From Mobula hypostoma (taxonomy: Eukaryota), in assembly GCF_963921235.1 (NCBI RefSeq), contig NC_086097.1, forward strand, positions 236,036,001 through 236,100,000: DNA of 64,000 bases, given 5' to 3'. Positions within the stretch are counted from its first letter, which is position 1. Each line of letters begins with the position of its first letter. Shown piece after piece: positions 35,201-48,677 of this stretch. The notes beneath the pieces were generated by a model. It did not search any database. It was given only the letters and a program-made list of their open reading frames with translations, and had not been told where the DNA came from. Both the position numbers and the translations under genes were made by a program.

Positions 35201-38200
35201 TACATATATGGGGGGAGTGAGGTGTTGTACATATGATTATCAACACTTTCCCACTATAAGCCCCTCATTACTATGGTAACACAACACTGAATTAATACAT
35301 TTTAGGTTTATTCCCAGAAAATGAAGAGGTACATGTTTGTACAGTTAGAAAACAGCCTGTAGCAGACATCAGAGTGGACAGTAGTCATTAGGTTCTCTCC
35401 ACCCTCTATCAATTGTATTCTGCAAATTTTGGACCACTTCTTGGCTCTGAGCCTCAACTATAATCAGCCAGTGAGCTATAGATTAAATATATCATGGGCA
35501 GACAATACAAAGTTGCAAATTTACATGGTTAATTCTTTCAGTGCTGGCTAATTTACTCTCCATATTTAATGAAAATCAACAATACATGCAAACATCCAAA
35601 AATACTAAATGAGTTTGTTTTGGTGATTTATTGTAACATCTTTCTCCTACTTCCCTTACACTCCCATCACCAAAAATTCTTCAGCCTTTAATTTTAAGAC
35701 ATGTTAATCTGTAAAATATACAATACGCTCTTTTTAAAGCAATTTTCCTCCGGCATCTTTTGTTAATTCAATATCCAAATTTGAACAAATTATTTGAATA
35801 CTGAATTAATAAAGGATGCCTGAGATATTATTGAAATGGTTAAGCAGTCTCAAAACTTTGTATATTCTTTGACTATGCAAAACAATTCACCAGAGAAAGT
35901 AATGATTTGTTTCATTTACTTTATTTATTTAGGGATTCAGCATGTGTCTATCCAGCCCAATGAATCGCATCGCCCAGCAAACCATCTATTTAACACCAGC
36001 CTAATCACAAGACAGGTTACAATGAGCAATTAATCTTCTGACAGGGATGTCTTTGGACAGTGGAAGGAAACCCACGCACACATGGAAAGAATAGACAAAC
36101 TTAATTTCAGTTGATGCCAGAAATGAGCTCCAAATTCTGACACCCTGAGCTGTAATATCCATCATGCTAAATGTTCTGCTACCTTGGCAGCCCTATTATG
36201 TTAAAGTAAATGTTGATTCTATTCAGTACAATACAACAATTTATTTGCATAACCTTTAATGAGAAAAATAAAACAGAAGGCGTTCCATTGTTTCTTTTAG
36301 ATAAGTTAGTTTTATTCAGTAAAGCTTGTTTATTAATAGATAAATTTTGCATGAATAACAGATGGAAAATTGAACCAGTTTCCTAGGCAATGATAAGCAG
36401 ATGTAAAAGCGACCAAAATATTGAGCAAATTTCCATAAATTGATTTTATAATAATTAGATTTCTAATTGCAGTTTCTAAAAACTGTAATGAGAATAAACA
36501 ATAGCCAAATAATTTACAAAAGGAACACCTAAAATTAACAGAACATCTGCTTTCCCTTGGGCTTGACTTGTCTGTTGCATACTGAAAATTCGAAGTGCAC
36601 TTATCATTTTCAAAATAAAAACTTTTAGCATAATTTGATATTAGAAGCCACGGATATATTTTAAGAACCTCAACTTTCCTGGGATTTATGTTCATATTTA
36701 AGTGTACTATTTGTAATATTTCAATGGAAATTAATTCAGCAGTGAGATAAAAGGAAACTGTACCTGCTACAAAGGAATGAAAATTTCAACAAAATGAATT
36801 TCAAATCTAATTTCATTTTCATCAAGATATTCCAAGAAATTAATTATTTAAAAAAACATTAAATATAAGCTGCATTTTTATCTTTTTACTACATTACTAC
36901 TGAGAAATCAAACTGTTGGTAAGTGTACCTTACTTCTATATCTGTTCATTCACCATGTTAAAGCCAGTTAATTCTGTTTTCTCCCCCCTTCCTTTCCAGT
37001 TCTGATGAGGTGATCTGGTAGGACACGTCAACTGCTTATTCCTCTCTGCAGATGCTGCTTGACCTGTTGAGTTCCTCCAGCATTTTGTGTGTGTTACTCT
37101 GGATTTCCAGCACCTGCAGCATCTCGTGTTTATAATGCCAGCATTATCCCATTTATTTCAAAGATGTTAAAGCTTCCTCTAAAATAGCAGGTAAAGAAAT
37201 ATTGATTGTCAAATACAACCATCACTCAGTATTGTGTAGATAAGAGATTAGAAGTTCTTTCAGTCCTCTTCATTTGCTTCACCTAAACTGATGAAAGAAC
37301 CCCAAAAAAGAATTGCCACAAATATCTAAAAATAAAATGTACAATATGCCAATTAATAAACATGCTGTGGATTACTCTATTGTTCTATTACAGACATTTT
37401 ATCTGACAATAATGATTGATAATTTTGCATGAAAATTTGTTAAATCCATCCAGGGTAAAATTCAAGCAGTGAATTGGGTTCGATAAATATCCTTGAACTT
37501 GCATTGGTCCAGTTTTCTTTGTCTGCAGTCTAAATTTGATCATTCTTTGGCTCTATTTTCAAACATGATTTTTTTCTAACTGAGTAAAATGCAATCTTTC
37601 ATCTCCCCCTTTGTATTTTCAATCATTTATTTCTTCAATATTTGAAGAACTTAAAGTCCTTCACACTAGCTTTCTTGCATATGCCTTCAGACTACCAAAA
37701 TACACCAGCGTGTATTTGAACTTTTCAAAAGATGGATTTATGTATTTGAGCTCCAGATGATTATCCAAGGTTCTGATTGCTGATCCCTGACTTCTCTGTG
37801 TGAATTGATTTTCGCTGTCTTTATTTTTTGTTTTCCTTCTTTAATGCAAAACTAGATTGGATTTCTTCAAATATTAAGCTTTGTTTGGCCTCCGTTAATA
37901 CCCTTTAGTCTAAGCTAAAGATGGTGAATACACTTAGAGTTCACCAATGTCCATGAAGATTTGGAGTTTTTTTTTTTATAATTTGAACAAGCTTGAATCA
38001 TTACTTCAGTTTAATTTTAACATTTCTTGTTCTGTAGCTTTTTAACCCAAAAAGGAAAAAAAAAGTTTTGGTTGGAACCATATTTACCCTATTTTCAGAT
38101 TGGTGCACTCTCTACCGATTTCAATAGGTCACTTATAACTCTTAGTCCAATAGATGTCGTTCTACAAAGATCATTTTCATGAAAAACATTTTCTAAAGGC

Positions 38201-38829
38201 ATTTTCTCCCTTTTAAGCTGTAAATTCACAAAGACAAATCTGCTTTATATAAAAATAATTCCTCTGATTTGGTCATGTGTCAATGCAGTCAATTGCCAAT
38301 GAACCCAGCACTTTTCTTAATCTCTCCCCACCAAGGTTTCACCGATCACCTGGTCCTTCTTCCTCCCCTCCCTGCACCTTTTAAATCTACTTCTCGGCAA
38401 TTTTTCTCCAGTCCTGCCGAAGGGTTTTGGCTTGAAACATTGACTGTACTTTTCTCAATAGACGCTGCCTGGCCTGCTGAGTTCCTCCAGCATTTTCTGT
38501 GTAAGTTAGTTTGCATTTTGGGGAATGTTATGTTGAATACTCTTGAATCTAAGCAACTCTCTCCATGGTCCCTTTCTCACAAAGAGACAACCTAAGATCA
38601 CTGGCACATTGTGCAGTAGCACTGTGATATCTTATAAATGTGACTTTTGTCGAGCTTCCAATTTGCTTGCTGAGGTGCGTAGAAATAATTCCATTGTTCA
38701 AGAAATTTTAATGGCATCATAGCCATCAAATATCTCTCAACATCTTGTCAACTGACCAGTTCTCTCTTTAAGACTGGGATCTGATTGCTTGTAAACTTTG
38801 CCTATATTGTAGCATGTACTGAAATTCTA

Positions 38830-41800
38830 AAGTGATTTAACATGCAAGTGGATTGGGAAAACCAGGTCAATACTGGACCTCAAGAGAGAATTTATAGAAT
38901 ATCTAAGGGATGGCTTTTTAGAATAGCTTGTCATTGAGCCCACCAGGGGATCAGCTGTGCTGGACTGGGTGTTGAGCAATCATCCAAAGGTGATCAGAGA
39001 GCATAAGGTTAAGGAACCCTTAGCGAACAGTGGTCACAATATGATCAAGATCATATTGAAATCAGAGGGAAAAAATAAAATCCAATGTCTCAGTATTTCA
39101 GTGGAATAAAGGAAATGATGGCATGAGAGGGGAACTAGCCCAAGTTGGCGGGAAAGGGATATTTGCGGGAAGGGCAGCAAAGCAGCAATGGTTGGAGCAT
39201 CTGTGAAAAATGAGGGAAGTGCAAGACAGATATATTGCAAACAAGAAGAAATCTTTAAAGGGAAGAAGGATACTACCGTGGCTGACAAGTGAAGTCAGAG
39301 CCAAAGTAAAAGCAAAAGAGAGGGCATGCAAGGAAGCCAGAGCTAGTAGGAAGATAGAGGATTGGGAAGCTTTTAAAAACTTACAGAAGGAAACTAAGAA
39401 GGTCATTAGGAAGGAAAAGATGAATTATGAGAGGAAGCTGGTGACCAATATCCAAGACGACATTAAAAGCTTTTTTTAAGTATATAAAGGGTGGATATAG
39501 GACCAGTAGAAAATGATGCTGGAGATAGTGTAATGAGAGATGCCAGGATGGCAGAGGAACTGAATGCGTATGTTGTATCAGTCTTCACAGTGGAAGGTGT
39601 CTGTAGTGTACTGGATATTCAAGAGTGTCAGTGTCACAAAGGGGTGCTGGGAACAGACCTGAATACAAGACACAGACACTGAAGTATAAGGAACAGGACT
39701 TGACTAGAGCAGGGACGTGACAGGGTTCAGACCAGGAGCAGGGACAAGTACACAGACTAGGGCTAGGGAAAGCAGGACCAGGACTAGAAACCATGGACTA
39801 GGAGACAAGGCTTGTATTCCGAGCCCAAGACTGGACAAGGACTCAGAAACTTGGCTGCAGGATCCTCGGGGGCTTGGATTCTTGGAGCTTGGCTGCGGGA
39901 TCCTCATCTTGAATGCGGAGGCTGATAACTCAGAGGCTGGAGCTAGGAGACCCACTGGGTACTGAATATTAACATAGAGCCAGGACTTGTCCTTTGAAAA
40001 GCCAGGTCTCATTGTTAACACAACACCAACATGAGACAGTACAGTACATAGACATAGAGCCAGGACTTGTACTTCAACAAGCCAGGACTCAACCTCTCCA
40101 CACCAAGGTGGGACAGGTCCACATGTTGGGTAAAGGCAAAACAGCCAGACGTACCCAACAGAGGCAAAAACAAGACAAGACATATCCCCCCTACAAGGCA
40201 ACAGCAAAACAGCCTGACTTACCCCACAGAGGCAAGGACAAGAAGAGACAAACAGCAAAGAACAACAGACAGTTCCATCTCTGCTTCAGGGTAGCTCCTA
40301 GTCTCAGTTCAGCCAGCAACCTCAGCTGGCTACAGAAACAGCCAGATCCCTACCTAGCTCAGAGTGGCTGCCAGGCGCTCAGCTGGCCCAGGAAACAGCT
40401 GAATCCATACCACAAAGACAGCTCCAACTACTGACAGCAAGGTTCCATGAGGAGATGATTCCCCAACACAGCCTAAAGATGGCAAGTGACCACTCTAGCC
40501 TTCCACCAGCAGACTACTCCCAGGGGATCTTGACAAAACAAACCAGCAGCTCATAGTCATCCCCAAGGCTACTTATATTCCAAACTCCAAGATGGGAATC
40601 AGGTGCCTATGATTAACTCAATCAATGGACAGCCGGAAGACCCGGAGTCCTGAGTCCACTGACTGGACCGTGAAATGGAATACGGACTTTATGGACCAAA
40701 CCATGACAGTCAGGGAGGTGAAGTTTGTACAGTGAAAATTATGGCTAAGAAGATGCTCAGGAAGCTTAAAAGTCTGAGGATGGATAAATCTCCTGGACCT
40801 GATAGAATTCACCCTCTGATTCTGAAGGAAGTAGCTGGAGAGATTGCAGAGGCATTAACAATGATCTTTCAAGAATCGATAGATTCTGGCATTGTACCGG
40901 ATAACTGGAAAATTGCAAATGTTACTCCACTATTTAAAAAGGGTGAGAGGCAGCCGGAAGGAAAATATGGACCTGTTAGCCTGACATCAGTGGTTGGGAA
41001 GTTGTTGGAATCGATTGTTAAGGATGAGATTATGGAATACCTAAAAAGAAAATCCTGCCTGACTAACCTACTGCAAATTTTTGAGGAAATTACAAGCAAG
41101 GTAGACAAAGCAGATGCAGTAGATGTGGTGTACTTGGAATTTCAGAAGGCCTTTGGCCAAGTTGCCACACATGAAGCTGCTTAGCAAGATAAGAGCCTGT
41201 GGAATTACAGGGAAGTTACTAGCATGGGTGGAGCATTAGCTGGTCAGCAGAAAACAAAGTGGGAATAAAGGGATCCTATTCTGGCTGGCAGCCGGTTACC
41301 AATGGAGTTCCACAGGGGTCGGTGCTGGGACTGCTTCTTTGTATGATGTATGTCAATGATTTAGACTACATTATTAATGAATTTGTGGCTAAGTTTGCCA
41401 ATGATACAAAGATAGATGGAGGAGTGGGTAGTGCTGAGGAAACAGAGATACTGCAAAGACACTTAGACAGTTTAGGGGAATGGGCAATGAAGTGGCAAAT
41501 GAAATAAAATGTTGGAAAGTGTTTGGTCATGCACTTTGGTGGAAGAAATAAACAGGCAGTCCATTACTTAGATGGGGAGAGAATTCAAAATGCAGTGATG
41601 CAAAGGGACTTGGGAGTCCTTGTGCAGGATACCCTAAGGGTTAACCTCCAGGTTGAGGCAATGGTGAAGAAGGCAAATACAATGTTGGCATTCATTTCTA
41701 GAGGTATAGAATATATGACCAAGGATGTGATGTTGAGGCTCTATAAGGCACTCCTGAGACCACACTTGGAGTATTGTGTGCAGTTTTGGGCTCCTTGTTT

Positions 41801-42290
41801 TAGAAAGGATATACTGACATTGGAGAGGGTTCAGAGAAAATTCACAAGAATGATTCCAGGACTGAAAGGGTTACTGTATGAGGAACATTTGGCAGCTCTT
41901 GGGCTGTACTCCCTGGAGTTCAGGAAAATGTTAAAAGGCCTGAACAGATTAGATATGGTAAAGTTATTTCCCATGGTAGGGGACTCCAGGACAAGAGTGC
42001 ATGATTGAAGGACATCCATTTAGAACCGAGATGCGGAGAAATTACTTTAGTCAGATGGTGGTAAATCTGGGGAATTTGTTGCCAATAGTGACTGTGGAGG
42101 CCAAGTCATTGGCGTATTTAAGGCAGAGATAGATAGGTTCTTGATTAGCCAGGGCATCAAAGGGTATGGAGAGAAGGCACAGGAGTGAGGATGACTGGAA
42201 GAATTAGATCAGCCCATGATTGAATGGTGAGCAGACTTGATGGGCCGAATGGCCTACTTCTGCTCCTATATCTTATGGTCCTATGGCCTA
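38830..42290 (+). mobile_element. CR1 LINE ORF2 (degraded), interrupted by a solo LTR
   Basis: Endonuclease tail, [40 protein letters not shown], 3' UTR and tail tcttatggtcctatgg near 42270-42290. Confidence 0.92.
39632..40708 (-). mobile_element. Solo LTR, family C (1077 bp)
   Basis: TGTCA...TGACA termini and perfect 5-bp TSD GTCAG (39627-39631, 40709-40713). CR1 reading continues across it. Ends are related to 60343-61046. Strand inferred from TATA-like placement. Confidence 0.9.
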
Positions 42291-42937
42291 AAGTAATTAG
42301 ATAGGTGAGAGGTAATTTTAGATGCTTGGTGATGCTATATAAAGCTGCATTTATCCTCTTTAGCAACACACACAAACTTCTGGAGACACTTAGCAAGTCA
42401 AGCAGTATTCATGGAAGAAAATGAACAGTTAACGATTTCATCAGAAATATTCTGAAACATTGACTATTGATTTCCCCCATAGATACCAAGTTCCTCCAGC
42501 ATTTTGTGTGTGTTGCTTATGATCTCTAGCATCTGTAGTATCTCTTGTGTCTTCATTCTTCCTAGACGTCACGAGCTTTTGATGTTGTCATCATTTGATC
42601 TCCAATATTCTAGTCCAAAAAGTATCAGATTATTTTCAAGCTTGTTCTCCTGCTACGTGCATCACACTGTAGGGTAATCATTACCACAACAGAAGTTCAA
42701 ATTCAAATTTCAAATACATTTATTACGTAAGTATATATTCATCTCCTAATAGGCAACTGTGAAAGAAAAACTTAAAAGAACCCATTTTAAAAAGACCATC
42801 GAACACCAGTTGTGCAGAGAGAAAAGTAAGTCAAATCATGCAAACAATAAACACAAGTAAATAACATTCTGAACTGAAGTCCACGAAGAATATCTGAGAC
42901 CCATAGTTGTGCAGAGCAGAGTAAACGATGTGGAGCA

Positions 42938-43815
42938 GAATCAGAATCAGGTTTATTATCACTGGCATGTGTCGTGAAATTTGTTAACTTAGCAGCAGCA
43001 GTTCAATGAAATACATAATATACTAAATAAATAAATAAACAAATAAATAAACCAATCAGTTACAGTATATGTAGCTTCTTCAGGTGCCTTGTGCGTTACA
43101 CGCTTGGACGATCATGGTTCTCCACATCAAACGATCCCTCGCAGCGTCAATGATATCTCGCACGTTTATATCTGTTAGTTTTTTCACAGTGTCCATATAT
43201 TTTCTTCATTGCCTTCCTCTTCCGCGTTTCCCAGGCATACGGCCTTGTAATGTAAGGCATTCTGCCCAGGAATTTAATTTTCCTCTTATTTAATGTTCTC
43301 ATTAAAGATCTTTTTTGTATGGGCGTGTTGGAGTACTCTCTCATTAGTTACCCTATCTCGATATGATATTTTCAGCATTCTTCTAAGAAACCACATTTCT
43401 GTTGCTTCTCAGTTTCTTTGTTCTAAGTTTTTTTAAGTATACTTATATTGAATAGATTAAAAATCATGCAAAAACAAATAATATATATTTAAAAAGTGAG
43501 GTAGTGTTCATGGGTTCAATGTCCATTTAGGAATCGGAAGGCAGAGGGGAAGAAGCTGTTCCTGAATCGCTGAGTGTGTGCTTTCCGGCTTCTGTACCTC
43601 CTACCTGATGGTAACAGTGAGAAAAGGGCATGCCCTGGGTGCTGGAGGTCCTTAATAACGGATGCTGCCTTTCTAAGACACCGCTCCTTGAAGATGTCCT
43701 GGATACTTTGTAGGCTAGTACTCAAGATGGAGCCAACTAAACTTACAACACTCTGCAGCTTCTTTTGGGCCTATGCAGTAGCCCCCACCCCCCATACCTG
43801 ACAGTGCAGCCTATC
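42938..43815 (-). mobile_element. Rex1-like LINE 3' fragment
   Basis: ORF 43516-43725 (CLRKAASVIKD..HPGHALFSLLPSGRRYRS..RFRNSFFP) and an (agaatc)n tail at 42938-42950. Confidence 0.85.
43073..43435 (-). mobile_element. RTE-clade LINE 3' fragment nested in the Rex1-like UTR
   Basis: Minus-strand VTNERVL..RKIKFLG..GKRGRGRQ..AARDRLMWR..GT* and a gaagaa tail. Candidate TSD agtata(tg/ct)ta on both sides. Confidence 0.75.
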
Positions 43816-44609
43816 AGAATGCTCTACATGGGTACAGTGAGTTGAATTGTCCTGTCCCTTGTCTTGGGCCCTGACATCCTAACCTTTTCAGTCTGGCCCA
43901 ACGCCTATATCGCCGTTGCAACATTGGGTTCAATTGTGTCTATCTGCTCTGGGGCTTGGACCCCGACGCCTTAATTTGTCCTGTACCCGACCTTTCCGAT
44001 TTGGCCCGGCGCCTAAATCATTGTCCAGACGTCGGGTTCTGGCATTTTGCTATGCTCTGCAGCCTGGACCCCACCATCTCAGTTCAGTCTGTACTCGACA
44101 TTTCCAATTGGCCCAGCGCTTGAACAAATAAAACCTCGCCTCGGTTCTGCCACATCAAATTTCCTCCCAGTCCAAGGAGAAGTTACAGGCTTTTGGTTGC
44201 GATGATCATTTACTAGAAAAATAGTTTAACAAAGTACTTAATAGTTTTTTTTCATTAGCCGCCAACCAGAAGTCACCGAGATGCACCAGTGCACAATCTT
44301 AACTGGAAATTCCTATATAAATCGCTATACAACGTCAGCAACCCGTGTTAAGTATTGATTTGTGGGTTTGATTCTTGCCCCTGTCTGTAAGGAGTTTTTA
44401 TTTTCTCCTCGTGACCATGTGGGTTTTCTCTAGGTGCTTCTATTTCCTTCCCATTCCAAAGATGTAGGGTTAGGGTTAGTGAGTTGTGGGTATGCTATGT
44501 TGGTGCTGGAAGCATGGTGACACTTGTGGGCTACCTCAGCACAATCCTCAGACTGTTCTGACTGTTGACACAAAACAAAGCATTACACTGTATGTTTCAG
44601 TGTTTCGAT

Positions 44610-45500
44610 TGTGACAAGAATACACATAGATTAAGATGTAGCTGTCCTGTGCTGGCACCAGTGGGATCAGCAGATGGTCTTCCACCTGTCTTCAGGAGAG
44701 AGAGAGATAAGGAAAACAATGGTGCAGCATTTGGAGATGTGTAATGAAGGGACGGGAAAGAGAGTAACAGAAGGAGAGAGCTGTCAAGTTCAGCTCCCCC
44801 TTTGAACCCTGAACTGTTTGAAGTGATGGACAGGCGATACCCCAGCAGGGGGATAAAAAGGGACAGGTTCGCTAAGGCAGGACACACACGACACCTGAGG
44901 TAACGAGACCCTGGAAGCGGTGCGTCTCTCACAAGTCGGTTGGAAGTTTTGGAAGGCCGGTTGCGGGACCAGGCCATAGACGCACAGGGTGGAAAGGCAC
45001 GATCAGCGGGAACCTGGTGTGTGTCCACCCTTGCCTGGGTGCCAGGTTCACCGCAGGGAAACGATCGTATCTGGAAACGGAGGGGTCACAGTCGGTGACC
45101 TCAGATGACATCACAAAGGACTCGCCCGAAAGCTGACTGCGAAGGTCTGTGTGGAAGCCTTGAATATTCATTCGTTTTGCTCTCTCTCTCCTTCCCCCCA
45201 CTGTCCATCGCCACGGCAACAATTACTGCAAACTGAACTGAACTAAATTGAACTGAACTTTGCGTCACTTTGAAACTGGTCATTTACGCCTAGACAACGA
45301 TAGAGCTTGATTGATCCTGTTATCTTAATTCTGTGTACATGTATGTTTATCATTGTTGAACTGTTGCATTCATTATCCTTTCAATTAGAGTACTGTGTTG
45401 CTTGTTTTTTTAATAAAACTTTCTTAGTTCTCGTAATCCAGACTCCAACTGAGTGATCCATTTCTGCTGGTTTGGCAACCCAGTTACGGGGTACGTAACA
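44610..45500 (+). mobile_element. Solo LTR, family A (891 bp)
   Basis: TGTGAC...GTAACA termini, AATAAA near 45412, TSD cgat/caat (one CpG-type transition). Homolog of 10468-11329. Confidence 0.92.
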
Positions 45501-45626
45501 CAATGTACATTTGACACCTAAAGCTCATCTTTTCTTTCATCTTCATCTCTGTAAATCTTTATGCTATCACACTGCAGTTCTTTGAAGATCTTCCTCCAAC
45601 TCAGGTGAGCCTTGTCTTGGGGACTT

Positions 45627-45980
45627 GGCTGGTGGCGGAGTGGCATCAGCGCCAGACTTCGGGACATTTAAGAACAAATTGGACAGATACATGGATGGGA
45701 GGTGTATGGAGGGATATGGTCTGTGTGCAGGTCAGTGGGACTAGGCAGAAAATGATTCGGCACAGCCAGGAAGGGCCAAAAGGCCTGTTTCTGTGCTGTA
45801 GTTTCTATGGTTCTATGGTTCTATGGAAAGGTCCCCAGTTCAAATCCAGCCGGCTCCCCTGCATGCTTTCCACCCAACAGAAGGCAATGGCAAACCACTG
45901 CTGTAACTTGCCTCATAACTTGCCCCACTACGTTAGAGAGGCATTGAGGCATCTGCTACCTTTCCTTTCCTTGTCTTAGG
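45627..45980 (+). mobile_element. tRNA-derived SINE with RTE-like segment, split by a CR1 3' end (about 45662-45825)
   Basis: A box tggcggagtgg (about 45633) and B box gttcaaatcc (about 45838) are separated by a CR1 tail ending (ttctatgg)n. Downstream is gaaggcaatggcaaaccac. Confidence 0.6.
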
Positions 45981-47432
45981 ACTCATGTTGTTTGTGCTTA
46001 AATTATTTTGGAAAAAAAACATTTTGCGGGAAGAGATGCAGTAGTAGAAAAAAATGTGAAATTGTTAATATTCTGCTTCTACAGGTGCTACTAAAATGGA
46101 TGGATAGTTCAAGGTCTGAATTTTTCTAATTTCTTTACATTTTCATACATTTGAACTCTGATTTTAAAAATATAATTAACTAACATATTGGTTACCACTG
46201 TTCAAGTATCAAGCAAGGTCCAGTCCAATTGTATCCAATCCTCTTCAAACAATGAGCATACCGAAGATTTATTACAAAAAAAACCTTTAATTTAATGTAA
46301 AGTATTTATCTTTGAACAGAGAAACATATCCAGGTTTTTCCTTTGCAGCTTCTCTAGAGCACTGTAAATACTTGCTCAGGAGATTCGCAATTTACAACTG
46401 TGATTTTTGATATTACATAACTTTTTGAAAATTTCCCACACCCCTCCCAACATTTCACTGCCCATCCTACAACAAAAGCTGGGTGGCAACAGCTACTATA
46501 AAGACACAGAGTACTTTGATCACATTAGGCAGGTAAAGCAGCCATCCAAGTCTGAAAACTGATGAGGGTGACGTGCGACTGATGGTTTAATTGTAACAAT
46601 TACACATGAGCACGGTCTTCCATCTCACAAAGCACCAGCCGTTACACATCGTGCTGAAATAATGCTTCCAAACTCGGTGAACTACAGTATGCTAAACAAA
46701 TCTCACACTTTGAAATGTATTAAACTGGGATGTCAACTTCAGCCAACAGAGAAAATCTCAAACTGTACAAATGCAGTCTGCGGTGTCAATATGTGTTGAA
46801 TAAGAAACTGACATGGGCTATTTACTAATCCCAGTTGGTACCACAAATTACTTTCCTTTGAATTCAATATCTTTGTGTGGCTCGATTTTCACACTTTAAT
46901 ATAGGGATAGAAACATTTGGACACCTCCGACTTGCCCTAGGCCATCATTGCCGGATAACAATTCCCAGCTGCTTTTTAAGTGGATCATCAACAGCCACAT
47001 TGATTAATCTGTTCCTTGTCAATGTCTCCAGGTAGAAGTGCTTTGTGCTATTCAAGTTCTTCTAGCTTGCCTGTAAAATCACAAGCGCGACCCTCTAGCA
47101 GATACAGGTTACTGTGCCGCTATTAGAGGTCAGCGCGTTGCGGAGTTCGGAGTTCAATTTTGGCGCCGTTCTGTAAGGAGTCTCTGTATATCCTTCCCCT
47201 GAAATGCATAGGTCTTTCCCCCCCCCAGGTATTCTGGTTCCTCCCTGGGTAGGTTAACTAATCATTTTAAATTGTCCCGTAATTAGTTTAGGGTTAATTG
47301 GGGTTGTAGGCTGGTGGGGTGGGGTGGCTCAAGGGCCAGAAAGGCCGACTCCGTGTTCTATCATTAAAATGAATAAAACAAAATATGTTCTGTTTGTATA
47401 TCTGTCAATGGTACATTTTCTGCTTATTTTAA

Positions 47433-47644
47433 GCAACACTCACAACATGCTGGAGGAGCTGGAGGAGCTCAGCAGGTCGGGCAGCATCCGTGGAAACGAT
47501 CATGTCAATGTCCTGACGAAGGGTTCCAGCCCGAAACGTTGACTGATGGTTTCCACGGATGCTGCCCGACCTGTTGAGTTCCTCCAGCGTGTTGTGAGTG
47601 TTGCTTTGACCCCAGCATCTGCAGAGTATTTTCTGTTTATGTTT
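47433..47644 (+). mobile_element. Penelope-derived fold-back mini-element carrying a hammerhead motif
   Basis: Inverted arms at about 47431-47511 and 47536-47606 around the hammerhead core. 12-bp TSD tgcttattttaa (47421-47432, 47645-47656). Confidence 0.8.
47510..47545 (+). ncRNA. Minimal type I hammerhead ribozyme motif
   Basis: gtc CTGACGA a gggt tcca gccc GAAA cg TT gactg. Confidence 0.68.
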
Positions 47645-48677
47645 TGCTTATTTTAAACACTTCTTTCAAAGTACATTTTATAATTTATTAGGAACATTAA
47701 CTAGTGGCTTGTGAGGACATAGAACATAAAACATTACAGCACAGTTCAGGCCCTACCGCCCACGATATTGTGCTGACATTTTAACATACTCTAAAATCAA
47801 TTCAATCCTTCCCTCCCACATAGCCCCATCATCCGGTGTGCCTACCATCCATGTGCCTATCCAAGAGTCTCTTAAATGTCCCTAATATATCAGCCTGAAA
47901 GACCACTCCAGCAGCACATTCCATGCACCCACTACTCTCTGTGAGAAAAACTTACTTTTGACGTCCCCCCAACTATTCTTTCCTCCAATCACAATAAAGT
48001 TATGCCCCCTTGCATTAGTCATTTCCACCCGGAAAAAATTCTCTAATTGTCAACTCAGTTTTTGCTTCTTATCATCTTGTATACCTCTGACAAGTTTTTT
48101 CAACAGGAAGTCACAATCACAGAAAAATACAGATCAGAAATAGGCTATTTAACCCATTCAGTCCATGCCAGAAACTATTTAAACTGCCTACTCCTATCAA
48201 CCTGCACCGAGAACACTGCTCTCCATATCTCTACCATCCATGTACCAATCCAAACTTCTCTTATATGTTGAAATCGAGCACACATGCACCACTTGTGTCC
48301 ACAGTTCGTTCCACACTCTCACCACCTTCTGAGTGAAGAAGTTTCCCTCATGTTCTCCTTAAACTTTTCATCCTTCACCCTTAACCTTTAGAAGCATGCC
48401 ACCATATGAAACGCATGATGATATGTTTCAAAATGTACTCTCCATAAATTTCAGGCTTGGTACAGGAAAAGACAATTGCTAAGAGCTCCATCTCATTTCG
48501 TGCATATTATCTCTCCTGTTAATACCTATCACACGTACTTCCTTTCCTTTGCGCATCGTTACTGCTCCATTTGGACTGAGATGTGTCACCCTATGAGGTT
48601 AAATATTCCCTTGGAGATTCTGTTAACTCTTTTTTTTCCCCACAGATATTGCCAGACCAACTAAGTATTTCAAGCAT

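Noticed and set aside
37440..37960. Purine-rich minus-strand stretch that looks coding
   Set aside because: No ORF of 60 aa or more in the track and no convincing splice pair or motif; at most a very old LINE relic.
39704..40434. ORFs of 146-184 aa on both strands
   Set aside because: They lie wholly within a TSD-flanked solo LTR with internal short repeats.
10468..45500. Inverted repeats of about 870 bp bounding a possible 35-kb giant element
   Set aside because: Each copy has its own 4-bp TSD and sits within a different host repeat. No Polinton or virus-like genes lie between them.
46467..46490. tacaacaaaagctgggtggcaac resembles a Gateway att site
   Set aside because: Short imperfect match with no other vector sequence nearby; likely chance.
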